Shown: positions 22,684 through 33,113, numbered from the stretch's first letter. The stretch is DNA of 55,198 nucleotides from Chthonomonadaceae bacterium (GCA_035650735.1 DASRGZ010000019.1:1-55198), one strand, 5' to 3'. Numbers and translations: made by a program. Notes: generated by a model not told the origin, from the sequence alone.

Positions 22684-25600
22684 TCTACGGGTATCTGCGG
22701 CGCAGGAGGCTGCGCGTCCTCACGATAGCCCTGCTGACTGCGCTGCTGGTGATGGCCGCGCGGCAGGAGGTTCCGGCGCAGCAGGCCGAGCCACAAGCGG
22801 GCTCCAATCGTCCCTTGCCTCCCGGCTCCGCACAGACCCCGGCGCAGCCCCAAGACCTGGGCGTGACGGAGACGCGGCTGCCCAACGGCCTGCGCGTGCT
22901 TCTGAAGGAAGTCCATGCCGCACCGGTCGTCTGTACCTATGTCTGGTACCGGGTGGGCTCGCGCAACGAGGTGCCCGGCATTACGGGCGTCTCGCACCAA
23001 CTCGAGCACATGATGTTCAAGGGAACGAAGAAGGCGTTCCCGAACCCCGGCTATATCGATCTCCTGATCGGGCGCTACGGCGGCGAGAACAACGCCTTTA
23101 CCTCCTTCGATTATACGGCCTACTACCTGCTGCTGCCCGCCGATCAGCTCGACCTGGCGCTGCGGATCGAGGCCGACCGCATGACGGAAGCCGCTATTGA
23201 TCCCAAGCAACTGGCCGCCGAGAAGACGGTGGTGCTCTCGGAACTGGAGGGGGACAACAACGACAACGCCAGCTTCCTCTCGGACAACACCCGCGCGACG
23301 GCCTACCAGTACCATCCCTATCACTATCCGATCATCGGCACGAAATGGGACGTGGAGCACTTCACGCGCCCACAGGTCTACGGCTACTACCGGAAGCACT
23401 ACGCGCCCAACAACGCGACGCTGGTTATCGTGGGCGACTTTGATACCGGGGCCGTGCTGGATCGCGTGCGCGCGCTCTGGCGGGACGTCCGGCCTGCCGC
23501 CGTACCGCAGGTCCAACTCAACCCGGAGCCGCCGCAGCGCGGGGAGCGGCGCATTCTGGTGCGGCGGGCCGGCGCGACCGCCTATCTCGAAGTGGTCTAC
23601 CATATCCCGTCCACCACGCACCCCGACATGGCCCCCCTTTCCGTGCTGGCGACGGCGCTGGCGTCCGGGCGCAGCAGCCGCCTCTATCGCGCGCTGGTGG
23701 ACACGCAACTGGCGGCCAGTGTGGATATCACCGTCAACCAGGGCATAGACCCCGAACTGCTGGACATCTCCATAACGGCGCGGGCGGGCGTGGCGCCGGA
23801 GGCGATGGAAAAGGCGCTCTTTGCCGAGCTGGCGCGCGTGCAGGCAGAGCCCCTGACCGAGCGCGAGCTGCAAAAGGCCAAAAACCAGACCCATGCGAAC
23901 TTCATCTACGCGCAGGACAGCGTTCAGAGTCAGGCATCGCGGCTAGGCTTCTACGCGACGGTGGCGGGCGACTGGCGCTACCTGGCAACCTACCTGAATC
24001 GGATCGATGCGGTCACCGCCGCCGACGTGCAGCGCGTCGCCAGAACGTATCTGACGGCGGACAATCGGACGGTGGGCACCTTCCTGCCGACCGGGGAAGC
24101 GCCTCCTCCTGGCGCGGATACGCACGGCCCGGGCGAGCGAACGGCGCATTATCGCGCTCAAGGATGGGGAAGAGCCCTCACCCCCTTCCCCTCTCCTTCG
24201 CAAGGAGAGGGGAGCAGCCCTCACCCCCAGCCCCCCTCCCACGCTGCGGGAGAGGGGAGAGCAGAAGCCGGGTCACCCCCTTCCCTACAAGGGAAGGGGG
24301 CCGGGGGGTTAGGTCAAAAGGAGAAGGGGAGGGCCGAAGCCTGGTTCTGCCCTCATCCCCGTCCCTTCTCCCTGCTAGGGAGAAGGGGGAGGAGAAAGCT
24401 TCTCCTTCGGTATTCTGCCCGCGTAGGTGTCGCAAGGCGGCGTGGTGTCGCAAGGCGGAGCCGCGAGCCGTTGAGCGGCGTCGCTTGCAGTCCGTTGAGG
24501 CCCAACCCCGGCAGTCCGCGGGCCGCAGGTCCCACAGCGGCAGGGTTTAGCCTGCCGCGAGAGGGATCAGGCGCCAAAACAGAACAGCGCCGCCTGTCCA
24601 ACGGCCTCACGGTCATCGTGCGGGAAAACCACGCCAATCCGACGGTCGCCATCCAGGGCTTCGTGCGCGCCGGTTCCGTAGATGACCCGCCCGGTAAATT
24701 CGGACTGGCAAACCTTGTAGCCGAAATGCTGGCGCGCGGCACGGCTACCCGCACCGCGCAGCAGATCGCCGAGGAGATGGATTTTGTGGGCGCCTCTCTG
24801 GAGGCGTGGGCGGGGCGGGAGCGCACGGATTTTGGGGGCCGGATGCTCTCCGGGGATTTCGAGGCCATGCTCGGCCTGCTGGCCGACATGGTGCGGCATC
24901 CCACCTTCCCTGCCGAGCAACTAGAGAAGGCGCGCGGGGAGATCCTGACGGGACTGCAAGAAGAGCAGGACGATACGGCCATCATGGCTACGCGCCGACT
25001 CTATCAAGCCCTCTACCCGGAGGGCGATCCATATCGGCATCCGCCTGCGGGCGATATCGAGGACGTAAAGCGCCTGACGCGCGAGGACGCGCTGGACTTC
25101 TACCGCCGCGCCTACCGCCCGGAGTCCACGACGCTGGTCATCGTCGGCGACGTGCGGGCCGAGGCGGCGCTGGCGGCGGTGGAGAAGGCGTTCGGGGATT
25201 GGAAGGGCGAAGGAGCGCCGCTCCCTCCCTACACGCCCGCACCGATTACGCCCGCGCCCCCGCCATCCGCGCCGATTATGGTCTCGCTGGCGGATAAGGA
25301 GCAGGGCGACATCGCGATGGGATTGATCGGCCTGCCGCGCCGCAGCCCGGACTACGAGTCCGCCATGCTGATGAACCTGATCCTCGGCGGAGATGAGTTC
25401 GTCGGGCGGGTGGGGAAGCGCATACGGGATACGGAGGGCCTGGCCTACTACGCCTACACGACGTTCGTGCCTGGGCTGGAGGCTGGCCCCTGGATGTTCC
25501 GCGCAGGAGTCAATCCCAAAAACATGGCGCGCGCTCTGGCTTCGGCGCGCGACGAGATCGCCAAAATGGTGGCGCAGGGCGTGACGGAGGCGGAATTGGC

Positions 25601-25850
25601 CTGGGCGAAGGACCACTCCATCGGGGCGCTGCGCCTTTCGCTGGCCACCAACGAGGGCATGGCGGAGGAGCTGGTGACCGATGCGTTCTACGGCCTGGGG
25701 CTGGACTACGCGCAGCGCATGCCCGGAATCGTGCGAGCGATTACCAGAGCGCAGGTAAACGCCGCTGCGCGCAAATATCTGCGCCCGAACGCAATGACCG
25801 CGGTGATCGCCGGGCCGCCCCTCCCGGCTAGCTCATCTAAAGCCAACTAA
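22680..25850 (+). CDS. M16-family (PqqL-like) zinc protease with a repeat-derived in-frame linker insertion
   Basis: Signal peptide and HQLEH (HxxEH) in the N-half. The second half begins RRLSNGLTV. Palindromic elements occupy ~24170-24560. Confidence 0.92.
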   Translation: MIYGYLRRRRLRVLTIALLTALLVMAARQEVPAQQAEPQAGSNRPLPPGSAQTPAQPQDLGVTETRLPNGLRVLLKEVHAAPVVCTYVWYRVGSRNEVPGITGVSHQLEHMMFKGTKKAFPNPGYIDLLIGRYGGENNAFTSFDYTAYYLLLPADQLDLALRIEADRMTEAAIDPKQLAAEKTVVLSELEGDNNDNASFLSDNTRATAYQYHPYHYPIIGTKWDVEHFTRPQVYGYYRKHYAPNNATLVIVGDFDTGAVLDRVRALWRDVRPAAVPQVQLNPEPPQRGERRILVRRAGATAYLEVVYHIPSTTHPDMAPLSVLATALASGRSSRLYRALVDTQLAASVDITVNQGIDPELLDISITARAGVAPEAMEKALFAELARVQAEPLTERELQKAKNQTHANFIYAQDSVQSQASRLGFYATVAGDWRYLATYLNRIDAVTAADVQRVARTYLTADNRTVGTFLPTGEAPPPGADTHGPGERTAHYRAQGWGRALTPFPSPSQGEGSSPHPQPPSHAAGEGRAEAGSPPSLQGKGAGGLGQKEKGRAEAWFCPHPRPFSLLGRRGRRKLLLRYSARVGVARRRGVARRSREPLSGVACSPLRPNPGSPRAAGPTAAGFSLPREGSGAKTEQRRLSNGLTVIVRENHANPTVAIQGFVRAGSVDDPPGKFGLANLVAEMLARGTATRTAQQIAEEMDFVGASLEAWAGRERTDFGGRMLSGDFEAMLGLLADMVRHPTFPAEQLEKARGEILTGLQEEQDDTAIMATRRLYQALYPEGDPYRHPPAGDIEDVKRLTREDALDFYRRAYRPESTTLVIVGDVRAEAALAAVEKAFGDWKGEGAPLPPYTPAPITPAPPPSAPIMVSLADKEQGDIAMGLIGLPRRSPDYESAMLMNLILGGDEFVGRVGKRIRDTEGLAYYAYTTFVPGLEAGPWMFRAGVNPKNMARALASARDEIAKMVAQGVTEAELAWAKDHSIGALRLSLATNEGMAEELVTDAFYGLGLDYAQRMPGIVRAITRAQVNAAARKYLRPNAMTAVIAGPPLPASSSKAN
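24172..24558. repeat. Intragenic composite of family A, B (24430-24515) and C (24531-24558) elements
   Basis: Matches intergenic copies at 6252-6401, 30770-31008, 40744-40777 and 51354-51387. Confidence 0.88.
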
Positions 25851-26098
25851 ACCTCGTGCTAGGGCCATTCCGTGTTTCGTGCTCTTGTTGCCGCGAATGG
25901 ATTCGCCCGGTGACAAGGGCGTAAATCGGCGGTGCGGCTGCGTACTATATAAACGTATACATCGGGCCGGATTCCGCTAAAATTGGCGCAAACTGGCTCG
26001 ATTTCATGCGTCAATAAGAAAAACTCGGCTGCATCTGCGCTATCCCAGCAATATTCCGCCGTCTCCAAAGTATATTATCCTAAAAAAGAGGACGCTTC

Positions 26099-27052
26099 GT
26101 GGATCTTACCGAACTCTCCTTGAAAGCCCGCCGCGTGCTCGATGCGGTGGAAACCGCCATCGTCGGCAAGAGCGATACCGTCGAGCTGGCGCTGTCGGTG
26201 CTGCTCTCCAACGGGCATCTGCTCATCGAAGACATTCCCGGCGTGGGCAAGACGACCCTGGCCAAAGCCCTGGCGCGCGCGCTCGGCTTGAGCTTCAAAC
26301 GCATCCAGTTCACGCCCGACTTGCTGCCTACCGATATTACCGGCTCTTCCGTCTATAACCAGAAGACCAACGAGTTCGAGGTGCGGCCCGGCCCGGTTTT
26401 TGCCAATATTGTCCTGGCCGATGAGGTCAACCGCACCACGCCCAAGACGCAGGCGAGCCTGCTGGAGTGCATGGAAGAGCGGCAGGTGACCATTGATGGC
26501 AAAAGCTATCCGCTGCCCGCGCCCTTCTTTGTCATCGCCACGCAGAACAATATCGAGCTGACGGGCACCTATCCGCTGCCCGAAGCCCAGTTGGACCGCT
26601 TTGCGGCTCGCCTGGCTATCGGCTACCCGGATCGGGAGGCAGAGCGCGAAATCCTGATTCACCAGCGGCACGCCCGCCCGGTGGATTCCGTACCCTCCGT
26701 GATGACCGCCGAAGAGATCCTGGAGATGCAGACCGCCGTGCGGAACGTTCATGTGGATGAGAGCGTACAGGGCTACATCCTCGACATCGTCGCGGCGACG
26801 CGCAATATGCCTGCTATCCAACTGGGAGCCAGCCCGCGCGGTTCGCTCAACCTGCTGTATGCCTCCCAGGCCCGCGCGGCGCTGGTCGGGCGCAATTTCG
26901 TCAAGCCGGACGACGTGAAGGCGCTAGCGCCCACGATCCTCTCACATCGGATCATCGTCCGCCCGGAGCAGCGGATACGCGGCGTCACGGCAGGAGATTG
27001 CGTGCGGGAGGCGCTCCAGCGCGTGCCCGTTCCGGTCGGCCTGCGCACCTGA
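26099..27052 (+). CDS. MoxR-family AAA+ ATPase
   Basis: EDIPGVGKT, RIQFTPDLLP, LADEVNR, ATQN..GTYPLPEAQLDRF and GASPRG motifs. Confidence 0.95.
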   Translation: MDLTELSLKARRVLDAVETAIVGKSDTVELALSVLLSNGHLLIEDIPGVGKTTLAKALARALGLSFKRIQFTPDLLPTDITGSSVYNQKTNEFEVRPGPVFANIVLADEVNRTTPKTQASLLECMEERQVTIDGKSYPLPAPFFVIATQNNIELTGTYPLPEAQLDRFAARLAIGYPDREAEREILIHQRHARPVDSVPSVMTAEEILEMQTAVRNVHVDESVQGYILDIVAATRNMPAIQLGASPRGSLNLLYASQARAALVGRNFVKPDDVKALAPTILSHRIIVRPEQRIRGVTAGDCVREALQRVPVPVGLRT

Positions 27053-27065
27053 TGGGAATTTCGCC

Positions 27066-28355
27066 ATGCAATTCAGCAAATGGGTAACCCTGGGCTTCGG
27101 GGCGCTGTGCCTGATGGCGGTGGCGGGGGTGCTCAACGCCCAACACCTCTACTATATGTCCGCCATCCTGCTGACGCTGCCCGGCGTCTCCTATGCGCTG
27201 GGATGGTACGCTCTGCGAGGACTGAAGTTCACGCGGGAGCTGCCGTCCTCCGCCTGGGAAGGCGAGGAGGGCGCCATCGTCTACGCGGCGGAGAATCCGA
27301 CGCCCATCGCGCGCTACTTCCTGACGGTGCGCGAGCCGCTGCCCGTCTGGATCGCGCCGCTGGAGGAAGAGCCGCCCCTCTTTAATGCGCCGGCCCAGGA
27401 GACGACGCGCGTGGCCCATCGGGTTAGCTTCCTCAAGCGCGGCGTCTATGATGTGGAGCACTTCGACGTGACGGCCATGGATCCGCTGGGCGTGTTCGCC
27501 TTCACAAAGCGGATCCACGGCGAGGGCGAGTTGGTGGTCTATCCGCTGCCCCAGCCCCTGCAGCCGCTGGCGCTATCGGGCGCAGAGCGGTACGGCTGGC
27601 AGGAGTTCACGCGGATGGTGCTGCGGGGCAGCAGCGTGGACCCGGATGGGGTGCGCGAGTATGCGCCCGGCGATCCGCTGCGGCGCATTCACTGGCGGCA
27701 GACGGCCCGCACGGGCAAGCTGAGCGTCATCGAATTTGAGGAGGCGCAGGCCATCAACCTGGTGATCGCGCTGGACTTAAAGCGGGGCACGGAGGTAGGC
27801 CAGGGGCGCGATACGACCCTGGAGTATGGGGTGCGGCTGACGGCCTCCCTGGCGCAACTGGCGGTACAGCAGAGCGCCAGCCTCCGGCTGCTCCTGCCCT
27901 CGGACCTGGAGCGGGACGGCAAGAGGGCGCCATCGTTGGCGGCTGTGGGGCAGGCCGGACGCGGCACCGCGCAGCTCTATGCCATCCTGGATGCCCTGGC
28001 GCGGGTGCAGGCCGAGTCGGCGCGACCCGCCAGTGCGACGGTGATAGAGACGGGCGGAAGCCTGCTGCCCGGCACGACGCTGCTGGTCATCACCTCACAC
28101 CCGGATATGGATCTGCCCCTCGCGCTGGCCCGCTATGCGGTCACGGGCGCGAATGTGGCCGTCGTCTATATAGACCCAGAGACCTTTGCGGGCGGACGTG
28201 GGCGCGTCTCCGACGCCCAGCGCCAGCGATTCTTTGCCGAATTGCTGTCGGCGCGCGTGCGCCCCTTCGTGCTGCGCTATAACGACCAGGGCGACCTGAC
28301 CCCGGAGGCTGTCGTTCATGCCGAGCCCCGATCTAGCGACCACGCCTATGCCTGA
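27066..28355 (+). CDS. DUF58 domain membrane protein
   Basis: DPLGVF and VREYAPGDPLRRIHWRQTAR motifs. Follows the MoxR gene. Confidence 0.9.
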   Translation: MQFSKWVTLGFGALCLMAVAGVLNAQHLYYMSAILLTLPGVSYALGWYALRGLKFTRELPSSAWEGEEGAIVYAAENPTPIARYFLTVREPLPVWIAPLEEEPPLFNAPAQETTRVAHRVSFLKRGVYDVEHFDVTAMDPLGVFAFTKRIHGEGELVVYPLPQPLQPLALSGAERYGWQEFTRMVLRGSSVDPDGVREYAPGDPLRRIHWRQTARTGKLSVIEFEEAQAINLVIALDLKRGTEVGQGRDTTLEYGVRLTASLAQLAVQQSASLRLLLPSDLERDGKRAPSLAAVGQAGRGTAQLYAILDALARVQAESARPASATVIETGGSLLPGTTLLVITSHPDMDLPLALARYAVTGANVAVVYIDPETFAGGRGRVSDAQRQRFFAELLSARVRPFVLRYNDQGDLTPEAVVHAEPRSSDHAYA

Positions 28356-30621
28356 GAATACCGCCGGCCCTGCCGGAGCGAGCGCGCCCAACGAATCTGA
28401 GCCGGTAAGCCCCTGGCTCTACCTGGCCGGTATGCTGGTGACGCTTTCCGGTCTGTATGCCGTCAATTTCAATATCGAAGATCGCAACTTTACCTTGCTG
28501 ACCTACGGGTTGGCCATCGGCGGCTACCTGACCAGCTATATCCTGCGCATCTGCCGCCTGCCACTGCGCGCGCTGCAACTGCCGTTGGTGGGCGTGTTCT
28601 TGTACCTGATCGTGGCGAGCCTGACCAGTGACAGGGGGGTAGGGTGGCTGATGCCCTCGGAGGCCGACGGCGACCGGGCCAAGAGCTTGCAGCTCGTCTT
28701 TGCGTGGCTGGCGATCCTCCATACCTATACCCTGACGGCAGATGCCAATATCCTGTTCGCCTGCGTGCCCTGCATGACCATGATCGCGCTGGTGAGCACC
28801 ACCACCACGGAGCCGCAGATACAGAACGCCTTCCTGCTGTTCATCTGCGCGGCCACCTTCCTCATGATCCATGAGAACTATCTGCGCACGCGGACGGCGG
28901 CGGTGCTGGGGCGCACGCCCGACCGAGACCGGCGGCTGTTCGGCGGGCAGGTACAGTTGGCCGCGTTCTGTTTCTTTTGCGCGCTGATCCTGGCCAATAT
29001 CGTCGCCGTGCCTATCCGCACCGTGGGGCAGCGGCTATTCATTCCCACTACCCTCTCGCCCATGCCGATATCGCGGACAAAGCCGAACGAATCGCCCAGC
29101 GCTACCGTTCAGGTGCAGGAGCGGGGCGTCGTCGAGCTGGCGACGGGGCCGAATACGGAGAGCGACGTGGAGCTGTTGCATGTTCGCTCCGACCGGGGGC
29201 TCTACTGGCGTGGCGCCACCTTCGACTACTATACGGGCAATAGCTTTGAAAATCATACCGGCACGTTTGATCCGGCCATGCCAGCCGAAGAAGCTGACGC
29301 CGACCGGGAACAGCGGCTCACCGATTTTGTGGGCTCGGGGTCCCGGCGCGATTCCGTAGCGCAGGTGCAGCGCCGCGTCGCTTCCGGATACCCAACAGTT
29401 GCAGCGCCGCATCGCTTCCGGATACCCAACAGCCCTCTGGAGCTGACGCCAGCACAGATGCGGGGCAGTACCTCCTGCGTGCAGGAGGTCACTATTGTCG
29501 GCGGCTTGTTCACCCAGTTCTATGGCGCGGGGAACGTGACGGAGGTGCAGATACCGTTCACGTCCCTGCAGGTCAACCCGGCGCGGACGCTGATGGTTCA
29601 GGAAACCCTACCGTTCCACAGCACCTACACCGTGCTCTCTCAGATTGCCGACGATAACCCCGATCATTTGCGCGCCGCCCCTGCCGGCTCGATTCCGGCG
29701 CCGATTGCCCACTACTATCTGCAGGTAGCCAACGCAAGAGGGCAGGAGAATCCGCGCCTGCGGCAGTTGGCCCACTTAATTACGCAAGGATTGCAGACCA
29801 ATTACGATAAGGTCGTCGCCATCCAGCGCTATATCGCGGAGCACTGCAAGTACAATTTGCAGGCTCCGGCCATCCCGCGCTCGGAGGATACGGTCAGCTA
29901 CTTCCTCTTCAAGTCGCAGCAGGGTTACTGTGATGCCTTTGGCGCGGCGATGACGATGCTGTGCCGTTATGCGGGCATTCCGGCGCGATTGGCCTCCGGC
30001 TTCCTCTCCGGCGATCTGGAAAACGAGGTCTACGTCGTCCGGCAGAAGCATAAGCATCTCTGGACCGAGGTGTTCTTCCCCCGGATCGGCTGGGTGCCTT
30101 TCGACGCGACGGAGGGCGCGGAGGATATTTCCGATCACAGCGGCAGTGAGAAAAACAAGTCGAGCTTCCTGGCATGGCTTACGTCGCATGGGGCGCTGCC
30201 GCCGCTGGTCGGCCTGCTGATCCTGAGCGCGCTGGCTTATATCCTCAAGACCGAGGTTTGGGATCGGTTCTGGGGTGGCCGCTCTGTGGAGGGCGGCTTG
30301 ATTGATAGGCCCGTGACCAACCTGGAGATTATTCGTCTCTACCTGGCGGCCTGCAACAGGCTCTCGCAGCGCGGCCTGGCACGCTCGCCTGCCATGACGC
30401 CGGACGAGTTTGTGCGGTTCGTCTCAGAGGCGGCGGATGAGACGCTGCCGGGGCTCGCCGGAGCATTAGAGCGACTGACGACCCTTTGCGTGCGGTTCCG
30501 GTACGGCCCGGAGGTTGCCACCGAGGAGGATGTACAATCCGCGCGGGAAGCGGCGGCGACGTTGGGGGAGGTCCTGGCAAACGCCCGCCGCACGCGCCGA
30601 GCCCTGGAAAGTGTGACCTAA
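28318..30621 (+). CDS. Membrane transglutaminase-like protein (TgpA/DUF3488-type with DUF4129-like tail)
   Basis: Multiple transmembrane helices, YWRGATFDYY, and the Cys-His-Asp triad (GYCDAF, HLWTEV, WVPFDAT). Confidence 0.9.
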   Translation: MPSPDLATTPMPENTAGPAGASAPNESEPVSPWLYLAGMLVTLSGLYAVNFNIEDRNFTLLTYGLAIGGYLTSYILRICRLPLRALQLPLVGVFLYLIVASLTSDRGVGWLMPSEADGDRAKSLQLVFAWLAILHTYTLTADANILFACVPCMTMIALVSTTTTEPQIQNAFLLFICAATFLMIHENYLRTRTAAVLGRTPDRDRRLFGGQVQLAAFCFFCALILANIVAVPIRTVGQRLFIPTTLSPMPISRTKPNESPSATVQVQERGVVELATGPNTESDVELLHVRSDRGLYWRGATFDYYTGNSFENHTGTFDPAMPAEEADADREQRLTDFVGSGSRRDSVAQVQRRVASGYPTVAAPHRFRIPNSPLELTPAQMRGSTSCVQEVTIVGGLFTQFYGAGNVTEVQIPFTSLQVNPARTLMVQETLPFHSTYTVLSQIADDNPDHLRAAPAGSIPAPIAHYYLQVANARGQENPRLRQLAHLITQGLQTNYDKVVAIQRYIAEHCKYNLQAPAIPRSEDTVSYFLFKSQQGYCDAFGAAMTMLCRYAGIPARLASGFLSGDLENEVYVVRQKHKHLWTEVFFPRIGWVPFDATEGAEDISDHSGSEKNKSSFLAWLTSHGALPPLVGLLILSALAYILKTEVWDRFWGGRSVEGGLIDRPVTNLEIIRLYLAACNRLSQRGLARSPAMTPDEFVRFVSEAADETLPGLAGALERLTTLCVRFRYGPEVATEEDVQSAREAAATLGEVLANARRTRRALESVT

Positions 30622-30631
30622 TCCCCATCTC

Positions 30632-31080
30632 GGCAGGCTAAACCCTGGCAGCGCCCCACAGCGGCAGGCTAAACCCTGCCGCTGTGGGGCGCTGCCAGGG
30701 TCGGCCCTGCAATGGTTCGGGCCTTCCGCCTGGCGAGGCCCGCTGCCTGCCTACGCAGGCAGAGGAAACACCCGGCTTCTCCTTGCCCCTCCCCTGTTCT
30801 TGGGGGGGGACGGGGGTGGGGGCCTCTCCCCTCTCCCGTAGCGTGGATCGCAAGGCGGAGGGGTGTGGCAAGGCAGAGCCGTGTCGCTAGGTGTCGCAAG
30901 GCGGAGCCGGAGGCCGTAATCTTGCCGACCCTTGCAGTCCATTGAGCGGCGTCCCTTGCAGTCCATTGCAGCCCCGACCCTTGCAGTAGGGGGTTAGGGG
31001 GTGAGGGCGACTCTACACCCTACCCCCTACACCCTACCCCCTATCCCCTACCCCCTGCGCGAGGGGCCGGGGGTGAGGTC
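30632..31080. repeat. Large composite of family C, B and A elements and 7-nt CCCCTAC tandem repeats
   Basis: 26-bp perfect hairpin at 30643-30700. B inserts at 30692-30736 and 30848-30987. CTACACCCTACCCCCTACACCCTACCCC run at ~31012-31055. Confidence 0.88.
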
Positions 31081-31109
31081 TGCTGGGGCATGAGATAGAA
31101 AGGCAGCGC

Positions 31110-32246
31110 ATGGAGATCAGCTACAAGAGCGGCGCTCCGGCGGCGTTATGGAGACCGGCACTGCTGTCGGTCTATCTGTTCTTTGGCGAAGAAGACAGGC
31201 TCAAGGAGGAGGCGGTCGAGGCGCTGATCAAGCGTGTCGTGGAGCCAGACTTTCAGGACTTCGATCTGGAGCGGCTGGACGCGGAGACCACCTCGGCTAC
31301 GGCGATTATGGCGGCGGCAGGGCAGGCGCCGTTCGGCTCCGAGCGGCGCCTTGTTATCGTCAAGGGGATGGAGCAGTGGCGCGACCGAAATAAGCAATCC
31401 GAGGCGGAGCGGCTGGCGGAGGGCATCGGGCGGCTGCCGGAGACGACGTGCCTGGCGCTGATAGCTGGCGCGCAAGAGGAGGAGAGCAAGCGCAAGACCG
31501 CCGTGACCGTCAAGCTCGACAACGCCGTGAAGAAGGCCGGCGCTGTCGTCGCCTGCCGCGCGCTCAAGGGAGAGGGACTGCTAGACTGGATCGCGGAGCG
31601 GGCGCGGCGCGAAGGCAAAGTCATCGAGACAACGGCGGCGGAGGCGTTGGTGGAGGCCGTCGGCGGGGAGATGCTGCCGCTGGAGCAGGAGATAGGCAAG
31701 CTGGTCTGCTACGTCGGCGAGCGCGAGACGATTACAGCGCGGGACGTGGGCACGGTGGTTGCCGCCAGCCCGGAAGATGTGATGTTTGCCACCGTGGACG
31801 CCATCGTCCGCCGACAGACCGACCGCGCGCTGACGCTGCTGGGCGAGCTGCACCGCTACGATCCCAAGCCTCAGGCGGTGGCGGGCAAACTGCTGGCGTT
31901 GCTGGCGCGGCAATATCGGATGCTCTGGCAGGCGAAGTTCCTGGCCGAGAAGCGGATCAACCCGCGCGATGTGCGTGCGCTGCCTCCGGATCTGGCTGCG
32001 GAACTTCCTGCCGAGTCCAACATCGCGCAGTTGGCGTTCAAGGCGGGCGATCTCTTTACCCAGGCGCGCGGCTACTCGTGGAGCGATCTGACCTGGGCGC
32101 TGGAGCGGCTGCTGCTTTGCGATCTGGCCAACAAGGGCGGCGCGACGGACGAGACGGACATCTTTGGCACCGAGCCGATTCACAACCTGCAACTGCTTGT
32201 GCTGGAACTGACCGGGGCGACGCGCGCAAAGCCGCATGCTGCCTAA
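31110..32246 (+). CDS. holA: DNA polymerase III delta subunit
   Basis: VYLFFGEE, PFGSERRLVIVK and EQEIGKL..Y motifs. Convergent with rpsT, a common arrangement. Confidence 0.9.
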   Translation: MEISYKSGAPAALWRPALLSVYLFFGEEDRLKEEAVEALIKRVVEPDFQDFDLERLDAETTSATAIMAAAGQAPFGSERRLVIVKGMEQWRDRNKQSEAERLAEGIGRLPETTCLALIAGAQEEESKRKTAVTVKLDNAVKKAGAVVACRALKGEGLLDWIAERARREGKVIETTAAEALVEAVGGEMLPLEQEIGKLVCYVGERETITARDVGTVVAASPEDVMFATVDAIVRRQTDRALTLLGELHRYDPKPQAVAGKLLALLARQYRMLWQAKFLAEKRINPRDVRALPPDLAAELPAESNIAQLAFKAGDLFTQARGYSWSDLTWALERLLLCDLANKGGATDETDIFGTEPIHNLQLLVLELTGATRAKPHAA

Positions 32247-32373
32247 GAATGCCTAACAAACCCGTTCTCCCTCTGCCTTGCAGGGAGAGGGCCGGGGTGA
32301 GGGGAGAGCCTGACAGCCACGTTGTGTTAGGGGCTTTATGCAGATTTACTGTACAAACCTAGACTAAAGACTA

Positions 32374-32400
32374 AGGCCCGCCGAGCTTTTCGGCGGGCCT
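32374..32400. terminator. Hairpin between convergent holA and rpsT, likely the rpsT terminator
   Basis: AGGCCCGCCGA-GCTTT-TCGGCGGGCCT. Confidence 0.7.
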
Positions 32401-32446
32401 GAAAAATCTTTATGGCCGGTACGCGAAGAAGGAATTGAAAGCGGAC

Positions 32447-32734
32447 TTAGGAACCGGCGGCAGCCTGCTGCGCAAGCTGGTGGGCGCGCTTCATCAGGCG
32501 GGATTTGCGGCGGGCGGCCTGATTCTTATGAATGATGCCGCGCTCGGCGGTCTTATCAATAGCTTTGCAGGCGAGCCGGATGGCCTCAGCCGTGGCGGCG
32601 GGATCGACGGGCGCTTCGATGGCCGTGCGTGCCTTCTTGATGAAGGTCTTCATTGCCGACTTGGCGGCGACATTGCGCAGGTGGTTTTTGCGGGACTTGA
32701 TAACATCTTTCTTGACGGACTTAATATTGGGCAC
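32447..32734 (-). CDS. rpsT: 30S ribosomal protein S20
   Basis: (M)PNIKSVKK..RN..KSAMKTFIKK..GIIHKNQAARRKSRL. GTG start after AAGGAGGT. Confidence 0.96.
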   Translation of the reverse strand: MPNIKSVKKDVIKSRKNHLRNVAAKSAMKTFIKKARTAIEAPVDPAATAEAIRLACKAIDKTAERGIIHKNQAARRKSRLMKRAHQLAQQAAAGS

Positions 32735-32839
32735 TCCATTCACCTCCTTTGAACCGGCTGAGTATACCTCATCTGCGGCGAAAACGCAAGGGCGTGCGGC
32801 AAATTCGAGACGCACGCGCCTGGAGCCTTGTCCGCCAAC

Positions 32840-32868
32840 TTGACACGGCGACGGGCACCTGCTATTCT
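32840..32868 (+). promoter_or_regulatory. Sigma70-type promoter for the 60-aa ORF
   Basis: TTGACA-N17-TATTCT. Confidence 0.6.
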
Positions 32869-32930
32869 AATGCACAAGGCATTCGTGCCGCGACCCGATT
32901 CCCAACCTATCCCTTTCTGGAGGCAAAACG

Positions 32931-33113
32931 ATGGCAACGCATGAGCAGTTATCCCATCTGCTGGCAGGGCGCGAGGTGGACTCGGTGCGCCAGCGCGGCG
33001 CGGAAATCGACATTGACTTCACCGATGGCTCGACACTCAGCCTCAAGCTTGCCGCTCCGACCGGCTGCATTAGGCTGGTCAACGAGGACGATAAGCAGGA
33101 GTTCTCCGGCTAG
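32931..33113 (+). CDS. Small hypothetical protein (60 aa)
   Basis: GGAGG RBS and an upstream sigma70-like promoter. Confidence 0.65.
   Translation: MATHEQLSHLLAGREVDSVRQRGAEIDIDFTDGSTLSLKLAAPTGCIRLVNEDDKQEFSG

Noticed and set aside
26099..30621. MoxR-DUF58-transglutaminase cluster as a novel system
   Set aside because: A well-known conserved triad.
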